A stretch of 64,000 nucleotides of DNA from Cytophagales bacterium (GTDB taxonomy: Bacteria > Bacteroidota > Bacteroidia > Cytophagales > Cyclobacteriaceae). The notes below the pieces were generated by a model that saw only the letters and a list, made by a program, of their open reading frames with translations, was not told the DNA's origin and did not search any database. Positions 49,366 to 59,841 of this stretch are shown piece by piece. Numbering within the stretch: position 1 is the stretch's first letter; every line of letters begins with the position of its first letter. The translations under genes and the position numbers were made by a program. The stretch spans positions 9,183 to 73,182 of the forward strand of contig JANOUH010000152.1 of the NCBI GenBank assembly GCA_031416795.1. Reading direction: 5' to 3'.

Positions 49366-49616
49366 GAGAGTTATTCCGTTATTTCAACGCCTTTGGTAGC
49401 AGTCAAAAAAGGTGACTCAATATACTTTTGACCGGTGTGAATGCACCAGTTGCCTACGTGCCAGATGTTCAGTTTTTTAGTTGTCATGGAGATTGAATTG
49501 GGTATTTAATGCACCTATAATAGTCAGTTTTTCAAAACTAAACCAGTGCTTTTATTCTAAATACAACCCAAGTTCAATCTTCTCTTGTGAAAAGCAGTCA
49601 ACGCTCTAATGTCTCC

Positions 49617-51026
49617 CTATTTACTATTGTTTAACAACCCCCCTGTCAAACGCACTAAGTCCACACGACTGGAAATGTTTGCATAAATGGCGAGGTAATT
49701 TTCAAGGGCCGCACGTTGATAGTTGTCTTGAACGATGCGCAAGTCAATGGCGCTCAGTGCTCCATTTTTGTAGCGCTCGTTACCAAGTTGCAGGTTCAGT
49801 TCTGCGGCTTGCAGTCGTACCTGTGCAATTTGCACCAACTGCCTGCGCAGGTTGTATAAATCAAAGCTGGCGAGCAGGTCATTCTCAAGTGATAACTTCA
49901 ACTGATCGGTAGAAAGTTGAGCGATTTTTTCCTGCACCTGCGTATTCTCTACGGCTCGCCTGATTTGTCCACCATTAAATAAAGTGAAGCGCAAACCAAA
50001 GTTCGCATAGGCGCCATAACTATTACCATTAATGACTCGCGGTTTCAAAGCCGTTTCATTCACCGTATTATATACAGGGAGATTCCCATCGCGATTCACA
50101 TAGCCAACCGTGTTTTCGATCGTATTGCCGGTAGCCGTTCTGAAGTTAGCATTCAACCGGTCCAGACTTCCATTCAATCCTGTGTTTAATGTAACGGTGG
50201 GCGAATAGTTGGATTCTGCTATCCGAGTTGAATTACGAACGAGCTCCTGGCTTATGTATTGATTTTTTAGGTTGGTGTTTGAGCTAAGCATTTTATCGCG
50301 AAGATCTTCATACCGATATACTTCGTTTTCGAAAGGTATTCCTTCTGTGAATACATAGGTTTTGTTGATGTTTTCATTTAACAACAAATTGAGATCGCGC
50401 AGGGTATTTTTAAGAAAAATTTCCTGTTGCAACACACTGGCCGAGTCCGTTAAATAGTTGTTTTGCTCCTGCAGCACATCAAACGTAATGGCACCTCCCA
50501 ATTCTTTGCGGAGCTTCACGTAGTCATAACGCTCCTTAGAAAATTCTTTATTCTTAACTAGTACTTGCAACTGCTCTCGTTGCAGCAGCACGCTGTAATA
50601 TCCCAGTATGATTCCTTGCACGGTGTTCTCCATCAAAAACCGGGCATTGCCATTGCTCAATTCTTCCAATTTATCCAATCGTTGCTTGGAGAGGCGCACA
50701 AAGAAACCATCAAATAAAGTAAACTGAACATCCAACTGACCATTCAGGTTATCTGAAATGCTTTTACCTGGCACGGCAAAGGGGTTGGCCGGCTTGCGCT
50801 GCGTCACGTTATTGGGTTGGCCTCCTATCAAATTGATGGTCGGCAACATGCCTGCCTGGCCCCAGTTATTATTGTTCTTTGCTATGTCAACATTCAGATT
50901 ACCAATCTGCACATCAAAATTATTCTGCAATCCAATCTGGATCGCACGAGCCAGGCTTAATGTATCTTGTGCGTTGGATATTGAGAAGACACAGACAAAA
51001 AGTATGACGGCAAAAAAACGATTCAT
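49617..51026 (-). CDS. TolC-family outer membrane factor of the RND system
   Basis: Signal peptide MNRFFAVILFVCVFSISNAQ (ATG 51026); OEP repeats. Start is 19 nt after the RND pump stop. Confidence 0.88.
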   Translation of the reverse strand: MNRFFAVILFVCVFSISNAQDTLSLARAIQIGLQNNFDVQIGNLNVDIAKNNNNWGQAGMLPTINLIGGQPNNVTQRKPANPFAVPGKSISDNLNGQLDVQFTLFDGFFVRLSKQRLDKLEELSNGNARFLMENTVQGIILGYYSVLLQREQLQVLVKNKEFSKERYDYVKLRKELGGAITFDVLQEQNNYLTDSASVLQQEIFLKNTLRDLNLLLNENINKTYVFTEGIPFENEVYRYEDLRDKMLSSNTNLKNQYISQELVRNSTRIAESNYSPTVTLNTGLNGSLDRLNANFRTATGNTIENTVGYVNRDGNLPVYNTVNETALKPRVINGNSYGAYANFGLRFTLFNGGQIRRAVENTQVQEKIAQLSTDQLKLSLENDLLASFDLYNLRRQLVQIAQVRLQAAELNLQLGNERYKNGALSAIDLRIVQDNYQRAALENYLAIYANISSRVDLVRLTGGLLNNSK

Positions 51027-51045
51027 AGATAAAATGAGATTGAGC

Positions 51046-54000
51046 TTAATGAGTTGATACGTTTGCATCTTTGCTGCTGACATATGAATAAATAGCCGGG
51101 ATAACATATAGTGTAAGCACCGTGGCAAACGCCATACCTCCGATTACGGCAATGCCCATCGACACACGGCTTTCTGATCCTGCTCCCAATGCTAAGGCAA
51201 TTGGTAAAATTCCAAGAATAGTAGAAAGACTTGTCATAAGAATCGGGCGGAAGCGTGACTCAGCAGCATCCGTAACAGCCTCCATTAATTTCTTGCCTTG
51301 CTCTTTGCGCTGGTTGGCAAACTCCACAATCAGAATTCCATTTTTTGTTACCAACCCAATCAGCATGATGATACCGATCTGACTGAAAATATTTAGTGTT
51401 TGATTGAAGTACCACAAAGAGATTAATGCACCAGCCAAAGCCAATGGAACCGTAAACATAATGATGAGTGGATCTTTGAAGCTTTCAAACTGACCGGCCA
51501 GAATCAGATAGATAATAGCTAGCGCAATCAAGAAAGCCACATAGATACTGGAAGAACTTTCTGAAAATTCCCGTGAAGCTCCATCCAAACTTGTTGTGTA
51601 GGATTCATCCAACACTTCATCTGCAATGCGTTCCATTTCTTTGATGCCTTCACCGAGTGCAATACCGTTGGCAAGTTGTGCACTCACCTTAGCTGCTGAA
51701 TAGCGATTGAAGCGATACAACTGTGGAGGACTACTTAGTTCTTCAAACGTAACCAGGTTATCCATCTGAATTAATTCTCCTCTTTTGTTTTTCACATAAA
51801 GGGTTTTCAAATCCAATGGCTCATTGCGATCAGCTCTTTCCACCTGCCCGATGATTTGATATTGCTTTCCATCCATGATGAAGTTACCAAAGCGTGAACC
51901 ACTAAGTCCGAGTTGCAATGTTTGAGCGATGTCCAACACGTTTACTCCAAGGTTACGCGCCTTATCGCGATCAATCGTAATGTTGATTTCTGGTTTATTG
52001 AATTTCAAATCAAGATCAACGAATGCGAACTTTGGGCTTGCATTTGCTTTGGCCATGAAATCAGGCAATACCTTTTTCAGTTTATCAATCTCTCCTGCCT
52101 GAATCACAAACTGCAGAGGAAATCCTCCTCTTCGATCACCGATTGTTTGAGCTTGTGTTACAAATGTTCTTACTCCTGTGTACTTCCGGGCTTTTTTGGT
52201 GATATCATCAACGATCTGCTGCTGGGTACGATCACGATCTTGAGGGTCATTAAGAATCACTCTGACAAAACCTGAATTCACACCTGTTCCACCCATACCA
52301 GGAGCCGTTACACTCACCATTCCAGCGCGCTCAGGAACCTCTTCAGAAACGAAATCTGTTAGTTCCTGAACATATTTATCCATGTATTCAAAGGTGGCTC
52401 CCTCCTGTGCCTGTGCCTGAAAGCGGAATTCACTGCGATCTTCCATGGGAGCAAGTTCTGACGGCACGGTTGTACCTAAATAATAAATCAGGAAACCTGA
52501 CGCAGCTATTATGACAAAGGCTAACCACCTACGCTTCATAAAACTGTTCAGTGAAGCACTATACGCATCCGTTAGTCCTGTAAAGAAAGGTTCGGTTACC
52601 CGATAGAGCCAGGGTTGAGTTGCTCTTCGCTTTAAGATTTTTGCGCTCATCATCGGTGTGAGTGTAAGTGAAACGAATGCCGAGATCGCTACCGAACTGG
52701 CAACAACCAATCCGAATTCACGAAACAAACGACCTGTGAGCCCCTGAAGAAAAATTACCGGCAAGAACACGGCAACCACAGATACTGTTGTGGAGATCAC
52801 TGCAAAATAAATTTCGGTTGACCCTTTTTTTGCGGCTTCTACCGGATCTTCTCCTTCTTCAATTTTTACATAAATGTTTTCCAATACGACAATGGCATCG
52901 TCAACCACAAGACCAATAGCCAGCACAATACCCAGAAGTGTAAGCACGTTGATGGTAAAGCCAAGCATATACATGACGAAAAATGCTCCGATCAACGAAA
53001 TAGGAATGGTTGCAATTGGAATTATTGTTGTGCGCCAATCGCGTAAGAATAAAAAGATAATCGCCAACACCAGACAAAAAGCGATAATGATTGTCTCCTC
53101 TACTTCAGAAATAGATGCGCGAATGTAATCTGTAGAATCAAAACTCATCTGATAGGTTACGTCTGGTGGAAGATCGCGCTGTATCTGAGCTAATTTTCCT
53201 TTAAGAAGTTCTGATATCTCAATGTTATTGGCACCGGGCTGAGCTACGATGGCTACTGCACATCCAGGCACGCCATCTCTTCTTAATATAGTCCGGTCAT
53301 TTTCTGCTCCTAACTTTGCGTAGCCAACATCGCTGAAGCGAACTATGTTGTCACCATCTTCTTTGATGATCAGGTTATTAAAATCTTCTTCTGAAGTTAG
53401 CCGACCCATGGTGCGGACGGTGAGCTCGGTATTTTGTCCTTCTACACGTCCTGATGGAAGCTCAACATTTTCACGATTAACAGCCTGAAGAATATCTGAC
53501 GGAGCCAATTTGAGCGAAGCCAGTTTAATGGGATCCATCCATAAACGCATAGAATACCTGCGCTGTCCCCAAATACCTACAGAACTTACTCCTGGAATAG
53601 TTTGAATACGCTCCTTAAAGTATAGTTCGGCAATGTTGGAAATTTCAAGGAGGTCTCGTTTATCACTTTGAATCGTTAAGAAGATGATGGGGCTGGAATC
53701 AGCATCTGCCTTCTCAACACGTGGAGGATCTACATCAGGTGGCAGCCGATTGAGAGCGCCTGATACTTTATCACGCACATCATTTGCTGCCGTTTCGAGA
53801 TCAACACCCAATTCAAATTCCACCGTAATATTGCTTCTACCTTCCCGGCTCACGGAAGTAATTGTGCGCACACCGGGTACACCGTTCACTGCCTCTTCCA
53901 GCGGTTCGGTAATTTGTGATTCAATTACATCCGAGTTAGCGCCAACATAAGAAGTGGATACGGTGACTACGGGTGGATCAACACTCGGAAATTCGCGAAC

Positions 54001-54102
54001 ACCTAAAAATGAAAAGCCAATAATTCCAAAAAGGATAATGACTAAAGACATTACAATGGCCAGAACGGGTCTATTGATACTGGTTATTGATAAGCTTGCC
54101 AT
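51046..54102 (-). CDS. RND efflux pump inner-membrane permease (AcrB/HAE1-like)
   Basis: 1018 aa with 12-TM/two-loop architecture; N-terminus SITSINRPVLAIVMSLVII. Confidence 0.95.
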   Translation of the reverse strand: MASLSITSINRPVLAIVMSLVIILFGIIGFSFLGVREFPSVDPPVVTVSTSYVGANSDVIESQITEPLEEAVNGVPGVRTITSVSREGRSNITVEFELGVDLETAANDVRDKVSGALNRLPPDVDPPRVEKADADSSPIIFLTIQSDKRDLLEISNIAELYFKERIQTIPGVSSVGIWGQRRYSMRLWMDPIKLASLKLAPSDILQAVNRENVELPSGRVEGQNTELTVRTMGRLTSEEDFNNLIIKEDGDNIVRFSDVGYAKLGAENDRTILRRDGVPGCAVAIVAQPGANNIEISELLKGKLAQIQRDLPPDVTYQMSFDSTDYIRASISEVEETIIIAFCLVLAIIFLFLRDWRTTIIPIATIPISLIGAFFVMYMLGFTINVLTLLGIVLAIGLVVDDAIVVLENIYVKIEEGEDPVEAAKKGSTEIYFAVISTTVSVVAVFLPVIFLQGLTGRLFREFGLVVASSVAISAFVSLTLTPMMSAKILKRRATQPWLYRVTEPFFTGLTDAYSASLNSFMKRRWLAFVIIAASGFLIYYLGTTVPSELAPMEDRSEFRFQAQAQEGATFEYMDKYVQELTDFVSEEVPERAGMVSVTAPGMGGTGVNSGFVRVILNDPQDRDRTQQQIVDDITKKARKYTGVRTFVTQAQTIGDRRGGFPLQFVIQAGEIDKLKKVLPDFMAKANASPKFAFVDLDLKFNKPEINITIDRDKARNLGVNVLDIAQTLQLGLSGSRFGNFIMDGKQYQIIGQVERADRNEPLDLKTLYVKNKRGELIQMDNLVTFEELSSPPQLYRFNRYSAAKVSAQLANGIALGEGIKEMERIADEVLDESYTTSLDGASREFSESSSSIYVAFLIALAIIYLILAGQFESFKDPLIIMFTVPLALAGALISLWYFNQTLNIFSQIGIIMLIGLVTKNGILIVEFANQRKEQGKKLMEAVTDAAESRFRPILMTSLSTILGILPIALALGAGSESRVSMGIAVIGGMAFATVLTLYVIPAIYSYVSSKDANVSTH

Positions 54103-54128
54103 GGTTGTATTTTTTTAGTCCTCAACAC

Positions 54129-55205
54129 TCAATCTAATTTCGAAATCTGTACATCCATTCCCTTCCGCAATTGCAAGATGCCCGTGGTGAGTAGTGTATC
54201 ATTCACTTTCAATCCGGTCAAAACCTCTAATGAATTAGCTGTGCGGATGCCCGTTTCTATAAACACTTCTTTTGCCTTTCCGTTCTCCAGAATAAAAACT
54301 TTTTTACCGGCTTGTTCTGGTATCACTGCTTCAGTAGGAACCAATATTGCATTTGCCATGGACTCAAGAATTAACTCCACCTTGACAAACTGACCGGGCA
54401 ATAAGTGACCACCTCTGTTCTCTGCAATCGCTCTGATTTTTAATGTTCGTGTTGCCGGATCAATACGCGGTTCAATAGCATAGACCTGTCCTTCATAGGC
54501 CTGCAGATCACTTTCAATGGTAAACCTGATTTTCTTTCCAGGAGCTACTTGCGTGCTATAACGGCCCGGAACTGCAAACTCAATTTTAGCCGGTGAAATA
54601 TTGTAAAGTGTTGCGATAACCGTGCTTGGCGATATATACGCACCCTCACTTACAAAGCGCAAACCAATCACCCCATCAAAGGGTGCTTGTATTTTTGTTT
54701 TAGCAAGTTGTGTTTCCAATAGTCGAATGTCTGCCACGGAGGTATTTAACCGGTTCAATGCATTGTCATATTCTTCCTGGCTGATGGCATCCTTTTCTAA
54801 AAGTTTGCGCTGACGAAATTCGTTATCTTCATTCAGCTTGCGATTATATTTCTGTTTTTCGAGTTGAGCTTCTATCTCGTCATCATTCATTTGGATTAAG
54901 GTGTCGCCCTTGTGCACCTGCTTTCCCTCACGAAAAAAAATGGATATAATTTTTCCTGACACCTCGCTTTTCAATTCCAGTGATTCATTAGGCAAAACCG
55001 AGCCGGTTACATTGAGCTTACTATCAAGTGGAGCAGACTTAATAACAATAGCATCTACCGATAGTTTACCACCACGACCTCCTCCTTGTGCTTGCTCTGC
55101 TGCAAGCTGGGCCTCATCTTTGTCTTTAAACCAATTCATCTTTGGCAATGCGAGCAGGAATATGATAACCGCTACAACAGCAACGGTAATTAGTTTCTTT
55201 TTCAT
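54129..55205 (-). CDS. RND efflux periplasmic adaptor (MFP)
   Basis: N-terminal anchor, lipoyl/hairpin/beta-barrel order, adjacent to the pump. Confidence 0.92.
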   Translation of the reverse strand: MKKKLITVAVVAVIIFLLALPKMNWFKDKDEAQLAAEQAQGGGRGGKLSVDAIVIKSAPLDSKLNVTGSVLPNESLELKSEVSGKIISIFFREGKQVHKGDTLIQMNDDEIEAQLEKQKYNRKLNEDNEFRQRKLLEKDAISQEEYDNALNRLNTSVADIRLLETQLAKTKIQAPFDGVIGLRFVSEGAYISPSTVIATLYNISPAKIEFAVPGRYSTQVAPGKKIRFTIESDLQAYEGQVYAIEPRIDPATRTLKIRAIAENRGGHLLPGQFVKVELILESMANAILVPTEAVIPEQAGKKVFILENGKAKEVFIETGIRTANSLEVLTGLKVNDTLLTTGILQLRKGMDVQISKLD

Positions 55206-55247
55206 TGATTAATTGAAAATATTTGAATGGACTATTGAAAACGTTTC

Positions 55248-55850
55248 TTATTTCATTGAGTTGAACCACTCATGTAATTTTAACACTTGCGGAATAACCA
55301 ATTCTGTTTCATCATTTCTAATTACAAAATCTGCCTTCATCATTTTTTCCTCTTGCGACATCTGATTTTTAATAATCCTTTCCACCTCTGTTCTGTCTCG
55401 ATGAGGATCACGCTGCAACACTCTTTTTATTCTTAGTTTATCAGGGGCAGTCACTACAATAATTTTATCCAACGATTGATGCGATCCCGACTCAAATAAC
55501 AGAGCCGCCTCTTTAAGACAATATTTCGCTTCATCTTGCTCATGCATCCAATGGTTATAATCCAAAGCCACTCTGGGATGAACTAATGAATTCAGCTTGG
55601 TTAACTTCTCAGGGTTGTTAAATGCAATCCTGCTGAGCAACTCGCGGTTAAGCACACCGTCCTCATTATATGACAATGATCCGAATTCTTTTTTGATCTG
55701 ATCGATCAATATTCCGTCAGTGGTCATTAATTTTTTCGCTCGGCTGTCCGCATCATACACTGGAACTCCCAATGCATGAAAGATCTTACATATCAGGCTT
55801 TTACCTGATCCGATACCTCCTGTAATTCCTATTTGAATGGGTTGACGCAT
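55248..55850 (-). CDS. coaE: Dephospho-CoA kinase
   Basis: IGITGGIGSGKS P-loop, 200 aa. Confidence 0.92.
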   Translation of the reverse strand: MRQPIQIGITGGIGSGKSLICKIFHALGVPVYDADSRAKKLMTTDGILIDQIKKEFGSLSYNEDGVLNRELLSRIAFNNPEKLTKLNSLVHPRVALDYNHWMHEQDEAKYCLKEAALLFESGSHQSLDKIIVVTAPDKLRIKRVLQRDPHRDRTEVERIIKNQMSQEEKMMKADFVIRNDETELVIPQVLKLHEWFNSMK

Positions 55851-55867
55851 TATTGAATTAAATTGGA

Positions 55868-56818
55868 TTAATCGATCTTTAAACTCACTGAATCGATAGA
55901 AACAACCCGTGCGTAGATGGGGAGACCAACAACCTTTGGATATATTTTATTCAATCCTTTGACAACATCCTGTACATCGAGCATTGCATTTATCTGTGAT
56001 AACTTCTGCCTTAAATCTTCTCTCTGATCGGCAGGAACCTGTAATAATACTTTTACACTGTCGGTAAAGTATGACTTACGTGCCTGTGACGGATTAACCG
56101 CTTTGACTTTTATCATTGCCTCGATAATTTCAACGGGGCCTACTTCAACTTTTACCGATATCACCGGAGGATTACGGTTAATTGATTGGCTGTTAAAGAG
56201 TGGCACTTCAAGTTCATCATGAAATGATTTGCTAATCTGTTTTCCTTGAACCGGTAACACAATGGTTTCAGCTATGGAGGTAATGATACTTTTAGGTCCG
56301 TCAATCACCACCGAGTCTGGTGATAATTCAACTACGCCTGTACTTGCAAATCCTTCGCGGAATTTTACTTTGCTTAAGTCGACAGAAAGTTTAAATGTCT
56401 TTGTGATTTTTTCGTCAACGTTTGTGTACAGTGTATCCGTGACGATGTAATTGATTTGCAACCCTCCTAACTGACTTATCAATACAGGAGTTAACGCACT
56501 TGCCGTAATCTTCTTTGTCTCCATGGGTCGCTCCAGTGGGATAATCAAATCAGGAACTTTCATTCCTAATGTTTTACGAATCAAATCCCAACCCGTACCA
56601 GTAACATTTATGTTTATCTGATGTGGCAACGGACTTACTGCTACGAAGTGTTGATTATCAAATTCAAAATGAAGCGGAAACCGAATGGTTGATGTGTGGC
56701 TTTTGTTAAAAGCATTGAACAACCAAAAAATTGCAGCTGCCAATAGACATAATATAACAGCCTTCCAGTTTGTCCGGTTGAATTGAAAAAGATTCATAAA
56801 AATCCGCACGAAATTCAT
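55868..56818 (-). CDS. YbbR-like domain membrane-anchored protein
   Basis: N-terminal TM plus repeated beta-rich modules. Sits at the conserved position between yajC and coaE in Bacteroidota. Confidence 0.6.
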   Translation of the reverse strand: MNFVRIFMNLFQFNRTNWKAVILCLLAAAIFWLFNAFNKSHTSTIRFPLHFEFDNQHFVAVSPLPHQININVTGTGWDLIRKTLGMKVPDLIIPLERPMETKKITASALTPVLISQLGGLQINYIVTDTLYTNVDEKITKTFKLSVDLSKVKFREGFASTGVVELSPDSVVIDGPKSIITSIAETIVLPVQGKQISKSFHDELEVPLFNSQSINRNPPVISVKVEVGPVEIIEAMIKVKAVNPSQARKSYFTDSVKVLLQVPADQREDLRQKLSQINAMLDVQDVVKGLNKIYPKVVGLPIYARVVSIDSVSLKID

Positions 56819-56877
56819 ACCCTAACCAGAATGCCCGAATGCAATTGGGCGTTGATAAATACAAAAGCTACAAAAGC

Positions 56878-57192
56878 TTAGGCAGGCTTTTTTCCAGCTG
56901 CTGCTTTTGTTGAGTCCATGGAAATGGAAGCTTTTGAGAATTTTATTCTTCCTCCACGCTCCACTTCAAGAATAAATGTATCGTCTTCTATGTCTGCAAT
57001 GCGACCGTGCATACCACCAATGGTAACCACATAATCACCGCGTTTAATTTCATCTACAAATTTCTTCTGATCCTTGGCTTTCTTCTGCTGCGGACGAATC
57101 ATAAAAAAGTAAAATACAGCTATTATCGCGCCCATGAAGAGCAACTGCATGGTCATTCCATTAGGTTGTGCTTGTAATAAGATTGAATTCAT
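56878..57192 (-). CDS. yajC: Preprotein translocase subunit YajC
   Basis: FFMIRPQQKK...GDYVVTIGGMHGRI signature. Confidence 0.9.
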   Translation of the reverse strand: MNSILLQAQPNGMTMQLLFMGAIIAVFYFFMIRPQQKKAKDQKKFVDEIKRGDYVVTIGGMHGRIADIEDDTFILEVERGGRIKFSKASISMDSTKAAAGKKPA

Positions 57193-57233
57193 AATTAAAA
57201 AAATTTGGGCTGCAAGTTATTCTATTAAAGCAA

Positions 57234-57265
57234 TCATCCCAAACCCATTTAAGGATTTGGGATGA
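57234..57265 (-). terminator. Hairpin after the DUF1573 gene (weak terminator/processing site)
   Basis: TCATCCCAAA (12-nt loop) TTTGGGATGA, a perfect 10-bp stem. Only a weak T-rich tail on the minus strand. Confidence 0.35.
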
Positions 57266-57292
57266 CCTGAAAATTTCGATGTTATCTTACTA

Positions 57293-57826
57293 TTACTTAA
57301 CCGGACCTGCCGATTCTGCTTTCGGTGTTACCATCGCCTTAAAACGAAGAGTACTCACTTTAGGCCATGTATTAGCAGTAACTGTTATCGTTTTATTAGC
57401 TATACCAGGCTTTCCATTGCTATCAAACTCGGCTGTAACAAAACCCGTTCCTCCCACTGCAATCGGCTCTTTAGTCCATGTAGGCACTGTGCAGCCACAG
57501 GATGGTTGTGCATTTTGAATAATTAAGGGAGCCACACCGGTATTGGTAACTTTATAGGTATAGCTAACTTTTTGACCTTCCATGATCGTTCCGAAGTCAT
57601 GATCCGTTCTCTCGAAATTTAATACTGGTAGCGGCCCATCAGGCTTTTGCTCAGGGGCAGCATCGGGTATTGCAGTGGGTGTAGGGGCAGTTGCGCTTTT
57701 GTTCCCTTCAATTTGTGCAAGACGGCTCTCCAATTCTGCAATTCGTTTTTCAGACGCACGGTCTTTACAGCTCATGATTAAAACGGCCAGAGCTAATACA
57801 GACATTAATTTTATTCCAACTTTCAT
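57293..57826 (-). CDS. DUF1573 domain lipoprotein
   Basis: Lipobox MSC. HDFGTI...V.NTG..PL.I....SCGCT motif. Confidence 0.85.
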   Translation of the reverse strand: MKVGIKLMSVLALAVLIMSCKDRASEKRIAELESRLAQIEGNKSATAPTPTAIPDAAPEQKPDGPLPVLNFERTDHDFGTIMEGQKVSYTYKVTNTGVAPLIIQNAQPSCGCTVPTWTKEPIAVGGTGFVTAEFDSNGKPGIANKTITVTANTWPKVSTLRFKAMVTPKAESAGPVK

Positions 57827-57921
57827 ATCTTTTGATGTTTAATGTTTTCGGTGACTAAAGGGTTGCAAAACTAAATGTAACACAGGTGTTTTTCTATTTT
57901 CCGATGATGATTAACAATTTG

Positions 57922-58233
57922 TTAACTGTTCTTGGTTCCACGGATTTGCTCCAAAAGTTCGTCTACATCATCCAGCAGTCGCTGAGCTTTATCTTTCGCT
58001 TCAGACACTACTTTTTGACCTTGCGACTTGGCCTCGGTGGTGAGTGGTGTTTCCTTTCCGGAAACCACATCGGCTAAAAAATCTTCGAGGATCTTTTTAT
58101 ACTTATCCAGTTGAAAGGAAAGTTTCTCTCTAGTATTTGTGCCCTTGTCGGGAGCATACAATATTCCTAAAATTGCTCCTGCTGCTGCTCCTGCAAGGAA
58201 AGCCATCAATGCATTACTTCCTTTTTTGCTCAT
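57922..58233 (-). CDS. YtxH domain protein
   Basis: FLAGAAAGAILGILYAPDKG motif followed by a charged helix. Confidence 0.8.
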   Translation of the reverse strand: MSKKGSNALMAFLAGAAAGAILGILYAPDKGTNTREKLSFQLDKYKKILEDFLADVVSGKETPLTTEAKSQGQKVVSEAKDKAQRLLDDVDELLEQIRGTKNS

Positions 58234-58319
58234 AGCTATAAATTTATAGGCTGCAAAGATACGGTTTCAGACTCTAAAATAATAGAATTCCGTATGGCCA
58301 AACCTCAAAGTTAATACTG

Positions 58320-59447
58320 TTATTTATTATCGATAAGTCCCCGGCCACTTTTCTTAATATCACCCGATTCTTTCATGGATTTAGAAATCACATCCAGAAT
58401 TCCATTAATGAACTGTCTGCTTTTTGGAGTACTGTATTCTTTGGTGAGTTCAATGTATTCATTGATCGTAACCTTCACAGGTATGTTAGGAAAATGAATC
58501 ATTTCAGCGATCGCCATTTCAATAATCAAACGATCGGTGAGTGGCAGGCGGTCTACCTCCCAATTTTTGGTGTTTTTGGCAATCAGCTGCTTATACTTTT
58601 CATCTAATTCAATGGTATTCTTAAACAGTTTTTCAATGAAGTTTTTGTCATCTTCCCAATCCAACGAAAGTTTTTGAATTTCTATTTTCCCATCCGCGAA
58701 TGATTTGATGGTTTTATCAACGAGGCTGCGAACAATAACTTTATCCTCTGCCCAACGGATGTCCTGTTCTTCAAAGAAATCATTAATCGGCCCTGCGCCC
58801 AAAATTAGTTTGCGCACCAAGTGACGAATTAAATCCTTCTGGCTTTCCTCATCCGTCTTATTTGCGGCAATAAACTCCAAATAGGTTTCATCGTCTTTGA
58901 TAATTTCGCGGAACCAACCCCTAACCTTATCCCTATTTTTCTGCCAGCCAGAATCTGATCGAAGCAATTGCTTATTCAACTCCTCATTTTTTGATATTGC
59001 TGTTATCCATAGGTGATTTACAAAATTGGAATGGTTCACTTTTTTTTCAGCAGCGGCTAATTCAGCAAATTCGGTGAGCAGGCTGAGCACGCTGTGATAG
59101 AGCGAAGAAAGTCTTTCTATTTCGAGCACGCTATTTTTTCCAAGAAAGTCCTGATCCTTTTTAACCTGCTGATGATAGATGCGCAGAGCTTCTTCCGCCA
59201 CCTTGCCTACCTTCTCATCAACTTCCCTGGATGGAGCTTGTCCTTTATAAATTTTGTCAAAAAACTGAATGGCTTCTTTTTTTTGCTTTCTCAGAAGATC
59301 CTTGTCTTGCACCTCCATGGAGTTTAAGTTGGGAGAGAAGCGCTCATCGATTAAATCATGAGCCAGCGTATGGTTGGCTTCCTTGCATTGATCAAAGGCA
59401 AAAAGAGTTTGCATGATTTTGATCCGGAGGGTGCGTCTGTTAAGCAT
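58320..59447 (-). CDS. nusB: Transcription antitermination factor NusB (long Bacteroidota form)
   Basis: N-terminal RR.LRIKIMQTLFAF and C-terminal AIAEM..FPNIP..V.INEYIELTKEYS...S..FINGILD NusB signatures, separated by about 200 extra residues. Confidence 0.85.
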   Translation of the reverse strand: MLNRRTLRIKIMQTLFAFDQCKEANHTLAHDLIDERFSPNLNSMEVQDKDLLRKQKKEAIQFFDKIYKGQAPSREVDEKVGKVAEEALRIYHQQVKKDQDFLGKNSVLEIERLSSLYHSVLSLLTEFAELAAAEKKVNHSNFVNHLWITAISKNEELNKQLLRSDSGWQKNRDKVRGWFREIIKDDETYLEFIAANKTDEESQKDLIRHLVRKLILGAGPINDFFEEQDIRWAEDKVIVRSLVDKTIKSFADGKIEIQKLSLDWEDDKNFIEKLFKNTIELDEKYKQLIAKNTKNWEVDRLPLTDRLIIEMAIAEMIHFPNIPVKVTINEYIELTKEYSTPKSRQFINGILDVISKSMKESGDIKKSGRGLIDNK

Positions 59448-59841
59448 GTTGAAAGAACGTAGTTAATAGACGCAAAATTACACTTCCAAACTGAAAGTAG
59501 AAAAAGATGCCTCTCCTAGGATGAAAAAGGGGCATTCCTTTAATCAGCGTGAAATCTTCACTTTGCCAATTTCAGAAATTCTTTTTTCTGCCAAATGAAT
59601 GGCTGCTTCCTGTCCTTTGATCTTTCTTTTTAGGCTTCGAACAAACCGGTGCTCAGGTTTTTCAAATTCTTTAATCTTCATGGACATTTGTTTTAGGTGG
59701 ATTAACTACTTTTGTTCGCTCGCTCATTAATATTTCAACGTTTCAAACGATTGCAGCAACAATATCAACTTCTTGCGTGTTACTTGACATTGGCCTCAAA
59801 TTATTCTCACAAAAGCCAGATTGGCGAAACAATTATCCTTC

